Positions 40,441 to 50,283 of a DNA stretch of 64,000 nt are shown piece by piece. The notes beneath the pieces are model-generated. The model was not told the DNA's origin and ran no database searches. It saw only the letters and a program-made list of their open reading frames with translations. The translations under genes and the position numbers were made by a program. This stretch comes from Tagaea sp. (GTDB taxonomy: Bacteria; Pseudomonadota; Alphaproteobacteria; CACIAM-22H2): contig OZ257249.1 of NCBI GenBank assembly GCA_965279565.1, positions 791,850 to 855,849 on the forward strand, written 5' to 3'. Position 1 is the stretch's first letter, and every line of letters starts with the position of its first letter.

Positions 40441-41178
40441 ATGCTGTTCGTCGAACTCGTCGAGCTCTATGCGCGCTACGGCTTCCAGATCCGCTCCAGC
40501 ATCTCGCCCTTCATGCTGACGAAGATCTCGAACAGCCCGGCGGACGACGGCACCTTCACCTATGCGATCAAGGACGGCGTCAATATCGGCCATTCGGGCG
40601 GCGGCATCAGCCTGTCGGAAGTCGCGATGGTCGAGAATATCGGCGAGATCTACGCGCCCAAGCGCATCTTCGCGATCGGCTGCTCGTTCGGCTGGAGCAC
40701 GCTGGCCCTCGCCAAGGCGATGCCGGCGGCCAAGATCGTCGCCATCGACATCGGCCTCGGCATGGGGCGCGAGGGGCTGGAACTGACGAACCGCATCGCG
40801 CGCGAGAACGGTTTCAACGTGACCGGCGTGCTGGGGGCGTCGCCCACCGACGTGCCCGCCACCGTCGCCGCCCATCTCGACGGGCCGGTCGATATGGTCT
40901 TCATCGACGCCGACCATTCGAACGAGGCGCAGACGGCCGACTTCGAGGGCATCCTGCCCTTCTGCGCGCCCGACGCCGTGTTCGTGTTCCACGACGTGGT
41001 GGTCTGCCAGATGCTGGACTCGTTCAAGGCGATCGCCGCGAAGATGCCGGGCCACAAGCCGCGCATCCTGACGCGCACCGCCTCGGGCATGGGCATCCTC
41101 GTGCCGCACGGCAAGTTGCCCGAGCTGCACCGCGTGCTCGACGCCTATTGCGATCCGTTCGGCGTCGTCGCGGTCTGA
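40441..41178 (+). CDS. Class I SAM-dependent methyltransferase (Methyltransf_24-like)
   Basis: 'IGCSFGWST', 'IVAID', 'DMVFIDADH', 'VFHDV'; RBS aggag. Confidence 0.78.
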   Translation: MLFVELVELYARYGFQIRSSISPFMLTKISNSPADDGTFTYAIKDGVNIGHSGGGISLSEVAMVENIGEIYAPKRIFAIGCSFGWSTLALAKAMPAAKIVAIDIGLGMGREGLELTNRIARENGFNVTGVLGASPTDVPATVAAHLDGPVDMVFIDADHSNEAQTADFEGILPFCAPDAVFVFHDVVVCQMLDSFKAIAAKMPGHKPRILTRTASGMGILVPHGKLPELHRVLDAYCDPFGVVAV

Positions 41179-42326
41179 TCTTCCGCGGGGCGCGACCGGC
41201 GCACCCGCTCGCTCGCACTCTTGAGCTGGCCGCACGCCGCGAAGATGTCGCTGCCGCGCGGCTTGCGCACCGGGCTGGGGTAGCCCGCGTCGTTGACGAT
41301 CTGCGCGAATTTCGCGATCGCCTCGTCGGACGAGCATTCGAACGGTGCGCCCGGCCAGGCATTGAACGGGATCAGGTTGATCTTGGCCGGGATGCCGGCG
41401 ATGAGCTTGACCAGGGCGCGCGCATCCGCCGGGCTGTCGTTGACGCCCTTCAGCATCACGTATTCGAACGTGATGCGCCGCGCGTTCGACAGCGTGGGGT
41501 ACGAGCGGCACGCGTCGAGCAGCTCGGCGATCGGATATTTCTTGTTGAGCGGCACGATCACGTCGCGCAGTTCGTCGGTCACCGCATGCAGCGAGATCGC
41601 CAGCATCACGCGCAGCTCCTCGCCGCAGCGCCGGATCATGGGTGCGACACCCGAGGTCGACAGCGTGATCTTGCGCCGCGACACCGCGATCCCGTCCGGG
41701 TCCATGATGATCTTGAGCGCCTTGGCGACGTTCTCGTAGTTGAACAGCGGCTCGCCCATTCCCATCATGACGATGTTCGTGAACTTGCGGCCCGTCTCCG
41801 GGCCCGGCCATTCGCCAAACGTGTCCTTGGCGAGCATGACCTGGCCGACGATCTCCTCGACCGTCAGGTCGCGCACGAGGCGCTGGGTCCCGGTGTGGCA
41901 GAACTTGCAGGTCAGCGTGCAGCCGACCTGGCTCGACACGCACAGCGTCCCGCGGTCTTCCTCGGGGATGTGGACGGTCTCGATCTCCTGCCCGTCGGGA
42001 TAGCGCAGCAGCCACTTCTTCGTGCCGTCGACCGATTCCTGCAGGCGCGAGATCTCGGGCCGGCGCATCGCGTATTTCGTCTCGAGCTTGGCGCGCAGCT
42101 TCTTCGACATGTCGGTCATGTCCGAGAAGTCGCGCGCACCCTTGCAGTAGATCCAGCCCCAGAGCTGGCGCGCGCGGAAGGCGGGCTCGCCCATTTCGGC
42201 GAAGATCGCGGCCAGTTCCTCGCGCGAAACGCCCACGAGATTGGCGCGCCCGTCCGGGCTCGCCGGTGCGGGCAGCGCCTCCTTGAAGGGGGCGAGTTCG
42301 GGCTTGGGGACGATGGGCTCGAGCAT
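41145..42326 (-). CDS. rlmN: Dual-specificity RNA methyltransferase RlmN
   Basis: Radical SAM '[18 protein letters not shown]', 'MGMGEP', 'ISLHA', 'NLIPFN', 'AACGQL'. Confidence 0.97.
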   Translation of the reverse strand: MLEPIVPKPELAPFKEALPAPASPDGRANLVGVSREELAAIFAEMGEPAFRARQLWGWIYCKGARDFSDMTDMSKKLRAKLETKYAMRRPEISRLQESVDGTKKWLLRYPDGQEIETVHIPEEDRGTLCVSSQVGCTLTCKFCHTGTQRLVRDLTVEEIVGQVMLAKDTFGEWPGPETGRKFTNIVMMGMGEPLFNYENVAKALKIIMDPDGIAVSRRKITLSTSGVAPMIRRCGEELRVMLAISLHAVTDELRDVIVPLNKKYPIAELLDACRSYPTLSNARRITFEYVMLKGVNDSPADARALVKLIAGIPAKINLIPFNAWPGAPFECSSDEAIAKFAQIVNDAGYPSPVRKPRGSDIFAACGQLKSASERVRRSRPAEDQTATTPNGSQ

Positions 42327-42357
42327 GGCGCCTATATAGGCGCATGCACCCGGCCTG

Positions 42358-42960
42358 TCACCGGCGGACGTTGCAGGCCTTGTCGATGTCGGCGAGGCCC
42401 CGCGCGAAGCCGGCAAGCGCGAAATGGTCGGTCGTTTCCGTGCCGCGGCCGGAAATGCCGCGCACCAGCGCGGTCCCGGACTGCGCCTGGCGCATCGCGT
42501 CGATGGCCTGGCGGTTGCCGACCTCGTCGCGCGTCCACGCCTTCTCCGAATTGGGCTGGCCGAGATTCGACAGCGGCACCTTGATCCGGCCCACCTCGAT
42601 CTCCATCGGCCCGTTGTCGCGCAGCGGATAGCCCGCCACCCACGTGACCTCGTTCGTGCGGCTGGACCCCGGATAGTGTGCCACCGTCAGCGTGATCTCG
42701 GCGCGGCGCGCGTTGGCGGGCTTGCTCTCCGATTTCGTCGGCCGGCCGACCAGATAGCACACGCGCGTCGGGCCGGTTCCTGCCTCGACCGCGATCCAGC
42801 CGTCATAGGCGCCGAGCTGGCGCGGCAGGCCGGCACCGGGGGCGGGCTGCGCCGGGGCTGCGGGCGCAGGTGCCGGGGCAGCCGGGCGCTGCTGGGCTTC
42901 GGCAATGCCGGCAACCGTCAGGAACGAAGCGGCAACAACGACGCGAAATCGATGTGACAT
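42358..42960 (-). CDS. Invasion-associated locus B (IalB) family secreted protein
   Basis: Signal peptide, Pro/Ala linker, 'LGAY.GW', 'VCY', 'SGRGTET.D.F.L.GF', terminal Cys; upstream of rlmN as in many alphaproteobacteria. Confidence 0.75.
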   Translation of the reverse strand: MSHRFRVVVAASFLTVAGIAEAQQRPAAPAPAPAAPAQPAPGAGLPRQLGAYDGWIAVEAGTGPTRVCYLVGRPTKSESKPANARRAEITLTVAHYPGSSRTNEVTWVAGYPLRDNGPMEIEVGRIKVPLSNLGQPNSEKAWTRDEVGNRQAIDAMRQAQSGTALVRGISGRGTETTDHFALAGFARGLADIDKACNVRR

Positions 42961-42969
42961 GGCGAATCG

Positions 42970-42995
42970 TGATCCGGGCTGGAGGACCTTGCGTA
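42970..42995 (+). promoter_or_regulatory. sigmaE (RpoE/ChrR, ECF11)-type promoter for rpoE-chrR
   Basis: TGATCC(42970-75)-N15-GCGTA(42991-95) matches the alphaproteobacterial RpoE consensus, upstream of rpoE. Confidence 0.8.
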
Positions 42996-43121
42996 TCGCA
43001 TTGAGCATGATTGACGTCAACCGCCGACAGCCGCCCCGCCCGCACCGCCGCAACGATTCCCGCCGGCCTGCTGGCAAGGCGCCTGCTTGCGATTGCGCGC
43101 CCGGCCTCTATACAAGGCGCG

Positions 43122-43691
43122 ATGCCGTCCGATTCCGAACTCCCGACGCCGGACATCCATGTCCGCGACATCGCCGCCGTGGCGCGCTTCCAGGACCGCG
43201 CCGCGTTCGCGCGGCTGTTCGGGCATTTCGGACCGCGCGTGAAGGCGTATCTGATGCGCTTGGGTGCGGACAAGGGACAGGCCGAGGATCTCGCCCAGGA
43301 AGTGATGCTGACCGTGTGGCGCAAGGCGCCGGCCTACGACGCGAAGCTCGCCAGCCCCGCGACATGGATCTTCACGATCGCGCGCAACCGGCGCATCGAC
43401 GCGCTGCGGCGCGACACGCGCACGAAGCTCGACGCCAACGATCCGGGCCTGCTGCCCGAGCCCGAGGCGCTGCCCGACCGCACGCTCGATGCCGGGCGCT
43501 GGGAACGCCGCCTGGCCGCCGCGCTCGACGAGCTGCCGGCCGAACAGGCGCAGATGCTGCGCCTTGCCTATTACGAGGACCGCTCGCACGGCGACATCGC
43601 GCAGAGCCTGCGCCTGCCGCTGGGCACCGTGAAATCGCGCCTGCGGCTTGCCGTCGCACGCCTGCGCACTATGTTCGAGACCGACCGATGA
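43122..43691 (+). CDS. rpoE: ECF sigma factor RpoE (ChrR-paired)
   Basis: 'DRAAF..LF.HF.PRVKAY', 'AEDLAQEVM..VWRKA', 'TWIFTIARNRRID', 'LPLGTVKSRLRLA'; in-frame TTG at 43011 is an alternative start. Confidence 0.92.
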   Translation: MPSDSELPTPDIHVRDIAAVARFQDRAAFARLFGHFGPRVKAYLMRLGADKGQAEDLAQEVMLTVWRKAPAYDAKLASPATWIFTIARNRRIDALRRDTRTKLDANDPGLLPEPEALPDRTLDAGRWERRLAAALDELPAEQAQMLRLAYYEDRSHGDIAQSLRLPLGTVKSRLRLAVARLRTMFETDR

Positions 43692-44347
43692 CAGATCCCC
43701 GCGCCCTCGCCGACGAATGGCTCGTCGACTACGCTTCCGGTTCCGCCCCCGAGGCGGTCGCCGTGCTGCTGAACGCGCATCTCTCGCTTTGCGCCAAGGC
43801 GCGCGCGACGGTGGCGCGCCTCGACGCGGTCGGCGGCGTGATGCTCGACCGCATGGAGCCCGCCGCACTGGCACCCGACGCGCTCGAGCGCATGCTCGCC
43901 CGGCTCGACCGGCCGGAACCGCTGCCGGTCGCGCGGGCACCGCGCGCGGCCCATCCGCTGCTGCCCGAAGCGCTGATCCCCTATGCCGGCGAGGATCTCG
44001 AAGCGCTCGCCTGGCGGCGCGTCGTGAAGGGTGTGGAGGAAGCGATCCTGCCGACCGGCCTTCCCGCCTCGCACAAGATGAGCCTGCTGCGCATCGCCGG
44101 CGGGCGCGCGATCCCGGAACACACGCACTATGGCGACGAGCTGCTGCTTGTCCTGAAGGGCGGGTTCGAGGACGGGCACGGTCATTACGTGCGCGGCGAC
44201 GTGTGCGCGTCGGACGAGACCGTCACGCACCAGCCGACCGCCGACCGCGCCGGCGACTGCCTGTGCCTTGCCGTGACGACGGGGCCGGTCAAGCTGACAA
44301 GCGGCTGGGGCCGCCTCATCAACCCGCTGCTGCGCCTGCGCGGCTAG
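43688..44347 (+). CDS. chrR: Anti-sigma factor ChrR (cupin)
   Basis: 'DYASG', 'HLSLC', 'VGG..L', cupin 'PEHTHYGDE..LVL.G.F.D', 'HQP', 'CLCLA'. Confidence 0.92.
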   Translation: MTDPRALADEWLVDYASGSAPEAVAVLLNAHLSLCAKARATVARLDAVGGVMLDRMEPAALAPDALERMLARLDRPEPLPVARAPRAAHPLLPEALIPYAGEDLEALAWRRVVKGVEEAILPTGLPASHKMSLLRIAGGRAIPEHTHYGDELLLVLKGGFEDGHGHYVRGDVCASDETVTHQPTADRAGDCLCLAVTTGPVKLTSGWGRLINPLLRLRG

Positions 44348-44877
44348 CCCTTTTTGCGCAGCACCGGGCCGCCCGACACGTGCTTGCGGCGTGCGGGCGA
44401 GGTCGGGCCGCCGGGCAGGATCGGGCGCGCCGCGTGCTGGCCCATCGACAACACGCGGTCGTACATGACGAGGGCGCCCGCCAGCGACACGTTGATGCAG
44501 AACTTGGTCGGGATCTTGACCACGTGCTTGCAGCGCGCCGTCGTCTCGGGCGACAGCGAGCCGCGCTCGGGCCCGAGGATGTAGGCCGCCGCGCGCGGAT
44601 GGCGGAAGCTCGGCAGCTCGACCGCGTCGGGCGTGAGCTCGATGCCGACCAGCACGCAGCCCACCGGCAGGCGCATGTCGTCGAGCGTGGCCCAGTCGTA
44701 GATCGGCATGCTGTCAGCCGCGTCCGACGTGTCGGCGCGGTTGGCTTCCGACCGGTCGAACGCCGCCGCCAGCGTGAAGGCGAAGGACGCGCCGAACGCA
44801 TGGGCCGTGCGCGCGAGCGCCCCCAGATTCATGGGCTTCGAGATGCCCTCCGCACCGATACCGAAAAATCCGCGCAT
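44344..44877 (-). CDS. SpoU/TrmH family RNA methyltransferase
   Basis: 'NLGALARTAHAFGA', 'LGPERGSL', 'CINVSLAGALVMYDR'. Confidence 0.9.
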   Translation of the reverse strand: MRGFFGIGAEGISKPMNLGALARTAHAFGASFAFTLAAAFDRSEANRADTSDAADSMPIYDWATLDDMRLPVGCVLVGIELTPDAVELPSFRHPRAAAYILGPERGSLSPETTARCKHVVKIPTKFCINVSLAGALVMYDRVLSMGQHAARPILPGGPTSPARRKHVSGGPVLRKKG

Positions 44878-44927
44878 GATGGCGGGACCTTGCCTTGCGC
44901 GCGGCCAAGAGGCAAGTTTCCGGGATC

Positions 44928-45929
44928 ATGTCCGAACCCCTGATCGTCGAAGTCACCCGCGGCGCAATGGTCGAAAGCCGCCATCGCGCCAACGTCGCCG
45001 TCGTTTCCGCCGACGGCACACTTGTCGAGTCCCACGGCGACATCGCCCTGCCGGTCTTCCCGCGCTCGGCGATCAAGCCGATCCAGTCGCTGGGCCTGAT
45101 CGAGACGGGGGCCGCCGACGCGTTCGCGTGCACGGGTGCCGAAATCGCGATCTCGTCGGCCAGCCATGGCGGCGAGCCGATGCATACGCGCACGGTGCTG
45201 GCGTGGCTCAACCGCATGGGGCTCGATGTCGGCGATCTCGAATGCGGCGCGCATCTGCCCACGCATGCGCCCAGCGCCAACATCCTGATCCGCGCCTTCG
45301 AGGAGCCCGACGCCTCGCACAACAACTGCTCGGGCAAGCACACCGGCATGCTCGCCGTGTGCAAACACATGGGCTGGCCGACCAAGGGCTATATCGATCC
45401 AGCACACCCGCTGCAGAAGCGCATCGTGGCGACGTACGAAGCGATGCTGGGCCTGTCGCTGGCCGACGCGCCCACCGGGCTCGACGGCTGCTCGCTGCCG
45501 CAGATCGCCGTGCCGGTCCGCGCGCTCGCCTGGGGGATCGCGCGCGTCGGCGCGCCGGACGGGCTGCCGGCCGAGCGGGCCGCGGCCTGCACGCGCATGG
45601 CGGCGGCGATCCGCGAGAACCCGTTCATGCTGGCGGGGACGGGGCGCTTCTGCACGCGTGCCCTGATCGCCGCGCGCGGCCATGCGGTGCTGAAGACGGG
45701 GGCCGAAGGCGTCTACATGGCGGCGGTGCCGGCGAAGAAGATCGGTATCGCGCTGAAGATCGAGGACGGCAACGGCCGCGGGGCCGAAGTGGCGATGGCG
45801 CATTTCCTGGAAAAATACGGCGGCTTCGCCGAGACACCGCGCGCCGAGATCGAAGCACTGCTCAATCCCAAGATCACCAATGCGGCCGGCCGCACCGTCG
45901 GCGACATCCGGCCGGCACCCAACTGGTAA
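44928..45929 (+). CDS. L-asparaginase II family (Rhizobium AnsA type)
   Basis: 'RSAIKP', 'SHGGE', 'NNCSGKH', 'DGC', 'KTGAEG', 'KIEDG..R'. Confidence 0.9.
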   Translation: MSEPLIVEVTRGAMVESRHRANVAVVSADGTLVESHGDIALPVFPRSAIKPIQSLGLIETGAADAFACTGAEIAISSASHGGEPMHTRTVLAWLNRMGLDVGDLECGAHLPTHAPSANILIRAFEEPDASHNNCSGKHTGMLAVCKHMGWPTKGYIDPAHPLQKRIVATYEAMLGLSLADAPTGLDGCSLPQIAVPVRALAWGIARVGAPDGLPAERAAACTRMAAAIRENPFMLAGTGRFCTRALIAARGHAVLKTGAEGVYMAAVPAKKIGIALKIEDGNGRGAEVAMAHFLEKYGGFAETPRAEIEALLNPKITNAAGRTVGDIRPAPNW

Positions 45930-45936
45930 CGCGCGC

Positions 45937-47037
45937 ATGAGCAACAACGACGACCGCATCGCCCGCCTGCTGCACGCGCGCGCCGGCCTTGCCCCGGGCG
46001 AACCGCTTGCCCCGCCCATCGTGATGGCAAGCTCGTACCACCTGCCCGGAAATCCGGCCGACGCCCCCTTCCAGTACGGGCGCTTCCACAATCCGAGCTG
46101 GGATGCCGTCGAGCACGCGCTGGCGATCCTCGAGGATGCGCCCGTCGTCGCGTTTCCGTCGGGCATGGCGGCGATCGCTTCGGTGCTCTATTCGCGCTTG
46201 CGCGCCGGCGACCGCGTGCTGCTGCCGGCGGACGGTTACTACACGACGCGGGCGCTCGCCGAAAAATTCCTCGGGCCGCTGGGTGTTTCGTTCGACCTGC
46301 GCGCGACGGCCGATTTCCTTGCCGGCGGCTTCGCCGGCTACCGGCTGGTGTGGATCGAAACGCCGTCGAACCCCGGCCTCGACGTGTGCGACATCGCGGC
46401 CGTTTCGGCCGCCGCCCACGCGGCGGGCGCCATCGTCGTCGTCGACAACACGACGATGACGCCGCTGGGCCAGCGTCCGCTCGATCTTGGTGCCGATCTC
46501 GTCGTCGCGGCGGATACGAAGGCACCGTCCGGCCATGCCGACGTGCTGTTCGGCCATGTCGCGTCGCGCGACAAGGCGCTGCTCGACGCGGTGCGCGACT
46601 GGCGCAAGTTCGCCGGCGCCATCCCCGGCCCGTTCGAGGCATGGCTTGTCCATCGCGGGCTGGAGACGCTGGAGCTGCGCTTCGCGCGCATGTGCGAGAA
46701 CGCGGTCGAGATCGCGCGAAGGCTGGCCGTGCATGCCGGCACCGTCTCGGTGCGCCATCCCGGCCTCGGCAACGATCCCTCGCACGCCATCGCGCGAAAG
46801 CAGATGTCGAAGTTCGGCAGCCTCGTCGGCGTGACGTTCGCGTCCGAAGCGCTCGCCGAGAAATTCATCGCGTGCCGCTTCGTGCGGCCGAGTACCAGCT
46901 TCGGCAGCGTGCACACCAGTGCGGAACGCCGCGCGCGCTGGGGCGATGCGGTGGCGCCGGGCTATGTGCGCCTGTCGGTCGGCTGCGAGCCGCTCGAAGC
47001 ACTATGGGCAGCGATGGAAGAGGCCCTGAAGGGCTAG
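45937..47037 (+). CDS. Cystathionine gamma-lyase/synthase family PLP enzyme
   Basis: 'YGR..NP', 'SGMAAI', 'ETPSNP', 'VDNT', 'DTKAPSGHADV', 'TSFG', 'RLSVG.E'. Confidence 0.9.
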   Translation: MSNNDDRIARLLHARAGLAPGEPLAPPIVMASSYHLPGNPADAPFQYGRFHNPSWDAVEHALAILEDAPVVAFPSGMAAIASVLYSRLRAGDRVLLPADGYYTTRALAEKFLGPLGVSFDLRATADFLAGGFAGYRLVWIETPSNPGLDVCDIAAVSAAAHAAGAIVVVDNTTMTPLGQRPLDLGADLVVAADTKAPSGHADVLFGHVASRDKALLDAVRDWRKFAGAIPGPFEAWLVHRGLETLELRFARMCENAVEIARRLAVHAGTVSVRHPGLGNDPSHAIARKQMSKFGSLVGVTFASEALAEKFIACRFVRPSTSFGSVHTSAERRARWGDAVAPGYVRLSVGCEPLEALWAAMEEALKG

Positions 47038-47426
47038 TTGCCGGGATATTCCGGCAGATGCGGGTCGAGGGCGAAGCCGGCAAGGCGCCTCTCGACGAAA
47101 TCGTGGCGTTGCGAGGCGAGTGCGGCGCCATCGTCGAGCGTGCCGACGGCAAGATCGATCACCTCGGAACCGTCGCGCTGCCAGAACAGCGTCGAGCCGC
47201 AGACGGCACAGAAGCTGCGCGTGGCGAAATCCGACGCGCGGTACGCGGCGGGCTTGCCCGTCAGCGTGAATCCGGCAAGCGGCACCGTCGCCCAGGTCGC
47301 GGCCACGGCACCGGTCGTGCGCCGGCACATGGCACAATGGCAGTGGTTGACGCGCGTCACGGGACCGGCCGCTTCATAGCGCACGGCCCCGCAGAGGCAT
47401 CCACCCTTGAGCCTGGTGCCCTTCAA
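47034..47426 (-). CDS. GFA/CENP-V family Zn protein
   Basis: TTG overlapping upstream stop; 'GGCLCGAVRY', 'CHCAMCRR', 'FCAVCGS'. Confidence 0.88.
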   Translation of the reverse strand: MKGTRLKGGCLCGAVRYEAAGPVTRVNHCHCAMCRRTTGAVAATWATVPLAGFTLTGKPAAYRASDFATRSFCAVCGSTLFWQRDGSEVIDLAVGTLDDGAALASQRHDFVERRLAGFALDPHLPEYPGN

Positions 47427-47653
47427 GCGCGCCAGACCGGCTTTTCGATCTCGCGCGACACGTCGGCCCGGCTCAGCCCCATGTCCTTCAGGGCGGCTTC
47501 GTCCAGCCCTTCGAGCCGGAAGCGCGCACTGGCGCGTTCCTGCCACACCACGACGGCCAGCAGGCTGGCCCCGATCGCCGTGCCGAACGCGGCGAACGCG
47601 TCCCGCCAGGCGGCCCGGAAGTCGACATTCCCGTTTGCGGTCAGACTGACCAT
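47423..47653 (-). CDS. DUF1127 (YjiS-like) small protein
   Basis: 'WQER...R..L..LD...LKDMGLSRADV..E..KP.WR'; GGAG RBS. Confidence 0.88.
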   Translation of the reverse strand: MVSLTANGNVDFRAAWRDAFAAFGTAIGASLLAVVVWQERASARFRLEGLDEAALKDMGLSRADVSREIEKPVWRA

Positions 47654-47761
47654 GACCCAATCTCCTTCATGTCCAGAACTTGGAAGTGACGCGAATTTGC
47701 GCGTAAAATCGGCTTCCGACAAACGACCTTATCTCGGGCGATGCATAAGGAAACCTAAGTC

Positions 47762-48772
47762 ATGGCCACGAGCCGCCTGCCGCCGCTCAACGGGCTTCGC
47801 GCCTTCGAGGCCGCGGCTCGCCATCTTTCGCTGACCAAGGCGGCCGAGGAGCTCGGCGTCACGCAGGCGGCCGTCAGCCATCAGGTGAAGGGGCTCGAAG
47901 AAGCGCTCGGCACCAAGCTCTTCCGCCGGCTGACGCGGGCCCTCGCCCTCACCTCGGCGGGTTCGGCGCTCGCCCCCGAGCTCAACGCCGCATTCGTGCG
48001 CATCGCGACGGCGGTCGACCGCGCGCGCGAGCGCGAGGCCAAGGGCATCGTGCGGCTGAGCCTGCTGACGACGATCGCACTGACGTTCCTCGTGCCGCGG
48101 CTCGGCCGGTTTGCGGCGCGGCATCCGGCGATCGAGCTGCGGCTGGAGACGTCCGCCCGGCTCGTCGATTTCGACCGCGAGCCGGTCGACGCGGCGATCC
48201 GCTACGGCACGGGCGACTATCCGGGCCTGCATGCCGACCGGCTGTTCGACGACACGCTCACACCGCTGTGCTCGCCCGCCCTCGCCAAACGCATCCGCAA
48301 GCCGGAGGATCTGCCCGGCCATCTGCTGCTCGACGACCACATCGCCTACGACGAATGGGGCATCTGGTTCGCCGCCGCCGGCGTGACGGTGCGCCAGCCG
48401 CGCCGGCGCACCGCGGTCTTCGATTCCACGCGCGTCGCGGTCGAGGCGGCGATGGAAGGCATGGGGGTGGCGCTGGGCGCGCCGTTCCTGTTCTCGGCCG
48501 AGATCGCGTCGGGCCGGCTGGTTCGGCCGCTGCCGCTGGTGGTGCCCGCCGGACGGTCCTACTGGCTCGTCTGCCGCAAGCAGGATGTCGACCGGCCGAC
48601 GGTCAAGGCCTTCCGCGAATGGCTGCTGGAGGAAACCCAAGCCCTGCGCAACGATCCTACGGCGATGGCGGAACCTCGCGCAGGTAATGCATCAGGTCGA
48701 GCGGTGGCGGCGGCACGGCGGTCTGCGAAAGCAGGCCGTGCACCTGCCCGCGGTGGTGGGTCTGGTGGTTGA
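47762..48772 (+). CDS. LysR-family regulator (GcvA/AmpR-like)
   Basis: 'LPPLNGLRAFEAAARHLS', 'VTQAAVSHQVK', 'VPRLGRF...HP', 'DAAIRYG', 'FREWL'. Confidence 0.92.
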   Translation: MATSRLPPLNGLRAFEAAARHLSLTKAAEELGVTQAAVSHQVKGLEEALGTKLFRRLTRALALTSAGSALAPELNAAFVRIATAVDRAREREAKGIVRLSLLTTIALTFLVPRLGRFAARHPAIELRLETSARLVDFDREPVDAAIRYGTGDYPGLHADRLFDDTLTPLCSPALAKRIRKPEDLPGHLLLDDHIAYDEWGIWFAAAGVTVRQPRRRTAVFDSTRVAVEAAMEGMGVALGAPFLFSAEIASGRLVRPLPLVVPAGRSYWLVCRKQDVDRPTVKAFREWLLEETQALRNDPTAMAEPRAGNASGRAVAAARRSAKAGRAPARGGGSGG

Positions 48773-49163
48773 AGAAATGCATCAGGATCCAGCGCACCGG
48801 CGTGGTCACCGTGTCGCCCGCCATGTTCGTGTAGCGCAGCGAGGAATTCGCCGTCGGCTCGTCGAGCGCGTCGCAGTACGTGACGATCTGCGCGTCCTCG
48901 GCCGTGCGTGCCACGTGCAGGCCGATGAAATCGCCGTAGAGGATCTCGTCGAGGCTGTCGATCTTCGCCGGATGCCCGGTCAGCCGGCCCATCCACAGCC
49001 GGTCGCCGACGAGGATGTGGTTGAGCGTGGCGTGGATCGAGCCGAAGAAGGACGGGCGCTGCATGAAAAGCTCGTTGTCGTGCAGCTTGCCGCACGCGGC
49101 GTAGACCCGGGCGTTGGCCCACTGGTTGTAGCGCGCGAACACGCGGAACTGGTCGGGCTTCAT
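48657..49163 (-). CDS. DinB/DUF664 family protein
   Basis: 'ARYNQWAN', 'FFGSIHATLNH', 'HFFNHQTHHRGQ'. Confidence 0.9.
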   Translation of the reverse strand: MKPDQFRVFARYNQWANARVYAACGKLHDNELFMQRPSFFGSIHATLNHILVGDRLWMGRLTGHPAKIDSLDEILYGDFIGLHVARTAEDAQIVTYCDALDEPTANSSLRYTNMAGDTVTTPVRWILMHFFNHQTHHRGQVHGLLSQTAVPPPPLDLMHYLREVPPSP

Positions 49164-49229
49164 GCGCAACGCCTCCGTCTGTAACGATAGGCCGGAATAA
49201 TGCGCCGAATCCCGGCGGAAGGAAATTCC

Positions 49230-50201
49230 ATGCGCGTCGCCTGTCTCCTCGCTGCCCTCCTCGCGTCGGCATCCGCCGCCGCCTTCGACCTGCAGGGCCA
49301 TCGCGGGGCGCGCGGGCTTGCACCCGAGAACACGCTGCCGGCCTTCGCGACGGCGCTGTCGCTGGGCGTGTCGACGCTGGAACTGGATCTGGGCGTCACG
49401 CGCGACGGTATCGCGGTCGTGGCGCACGACCGGCGGCTCAATCCCGACATCACGAAGGGGCCGGACGGGATGTGGATCGCCCAGCCCGCCCCGCGCGTGC
49501 GCGAGCTGACGCTGGCCGAACTGCAGCGCTTCGACGTGGGCACGATCCGCGCCGACATCGACTATGCGCGCACCTTCGCGAACCAGAAGCCGGTGCCCGG
49601 CACGCGCATGCCCACGCTCGACGCGGTGTTCGAGCTGGCGAAGCGCGCGGGCAATACGTCCGTGCGCTTCAATGTCGAGACCAAGATCTCGCCGCTCTTT
49701 CCCGACGAGACGCTGGTGCCGGAAGAATTCGCGCGTGCCGCGATCGCCGCGATCGACCGCAACGGGATGCGCGCGCGCACCACGCTGCAATCCTTCGACT
49801 GGCGCACGCTGGCGGTGGCCAAGCGCCTCGCCCCCGACCTGGCGCGCGCGTACCTCACGCTCGAGCGCGGCAATGGCGACAATGTCTGGAAGGGGCGCGG
49901 CGCCAGCCCGTGGACCGGGCTCGACGCCGCCGCGCACGGCAACTCGGCACCGCGGCTGGTCAGGGCGGCGGGCGGGTCGATCTGGTCGCCCTTCTTCCGC
50001 GACATGACCGATGCGGCCTTCGCAGAAGCGAAATCGCTGGGGCTGACCGTGATTCCGTGGACCGTAAACGATCCGGCCGACATGGCGCGGCTGGTCGATC
50101 TGGGCGTCGACGGGATCATCAGCGACTATCCCGACCGGCTGCGCGCGGTGCTGGCGGCGAAGGGCAAGGCCCTGCCCGCGCCCACGCCGGTCGAACCCTG
50201 A
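49230..50201 (+). CDS. Secreted glycerophosphodiester phosphodiesterase
   Basis: Signal peptide; 'QGHRGARGLAPENT', 'LELD', 'NVETK', 'QSFDW', 'WTVN', 'GVDGIISDYP'. Confidence 0.92.
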   Translation: MRVACLLAALLASASAAAFDLQGHRGARGLAPENTLPAFATALSLGVSTLELDLGVTRDGIAVVAHDRRLNPDITKGPDGMWIAQPAPRVRELTLAELQRFDVGTIRADIDYARTFANQKPVPGTRMPTLDAVFELAKRAGNTSVRFNVETKISPLFPDETLVPEEFARAAIAAIDRNGMRARTTLQSFDWRTLAVAKRLAPDLARAYLTLERGNGDNVWKGRGASPWTGLDAAAHGNSAPRLVRAAGGSIWSPFFRDMTDAAFAEAKSLGLTVIPWTVNDPADMARLVDLGVDGIISDYPDRLRAVLAAKGKALPAPTPVEP

Positions 50202-50283
50202 CGGAAGTATTGCGGGCCTTGATTCCGCCCGCCGGTCTTGTTGTACTCGCCGGGGCCGAACCAAGAGCTCATCGAGGGGAAAA

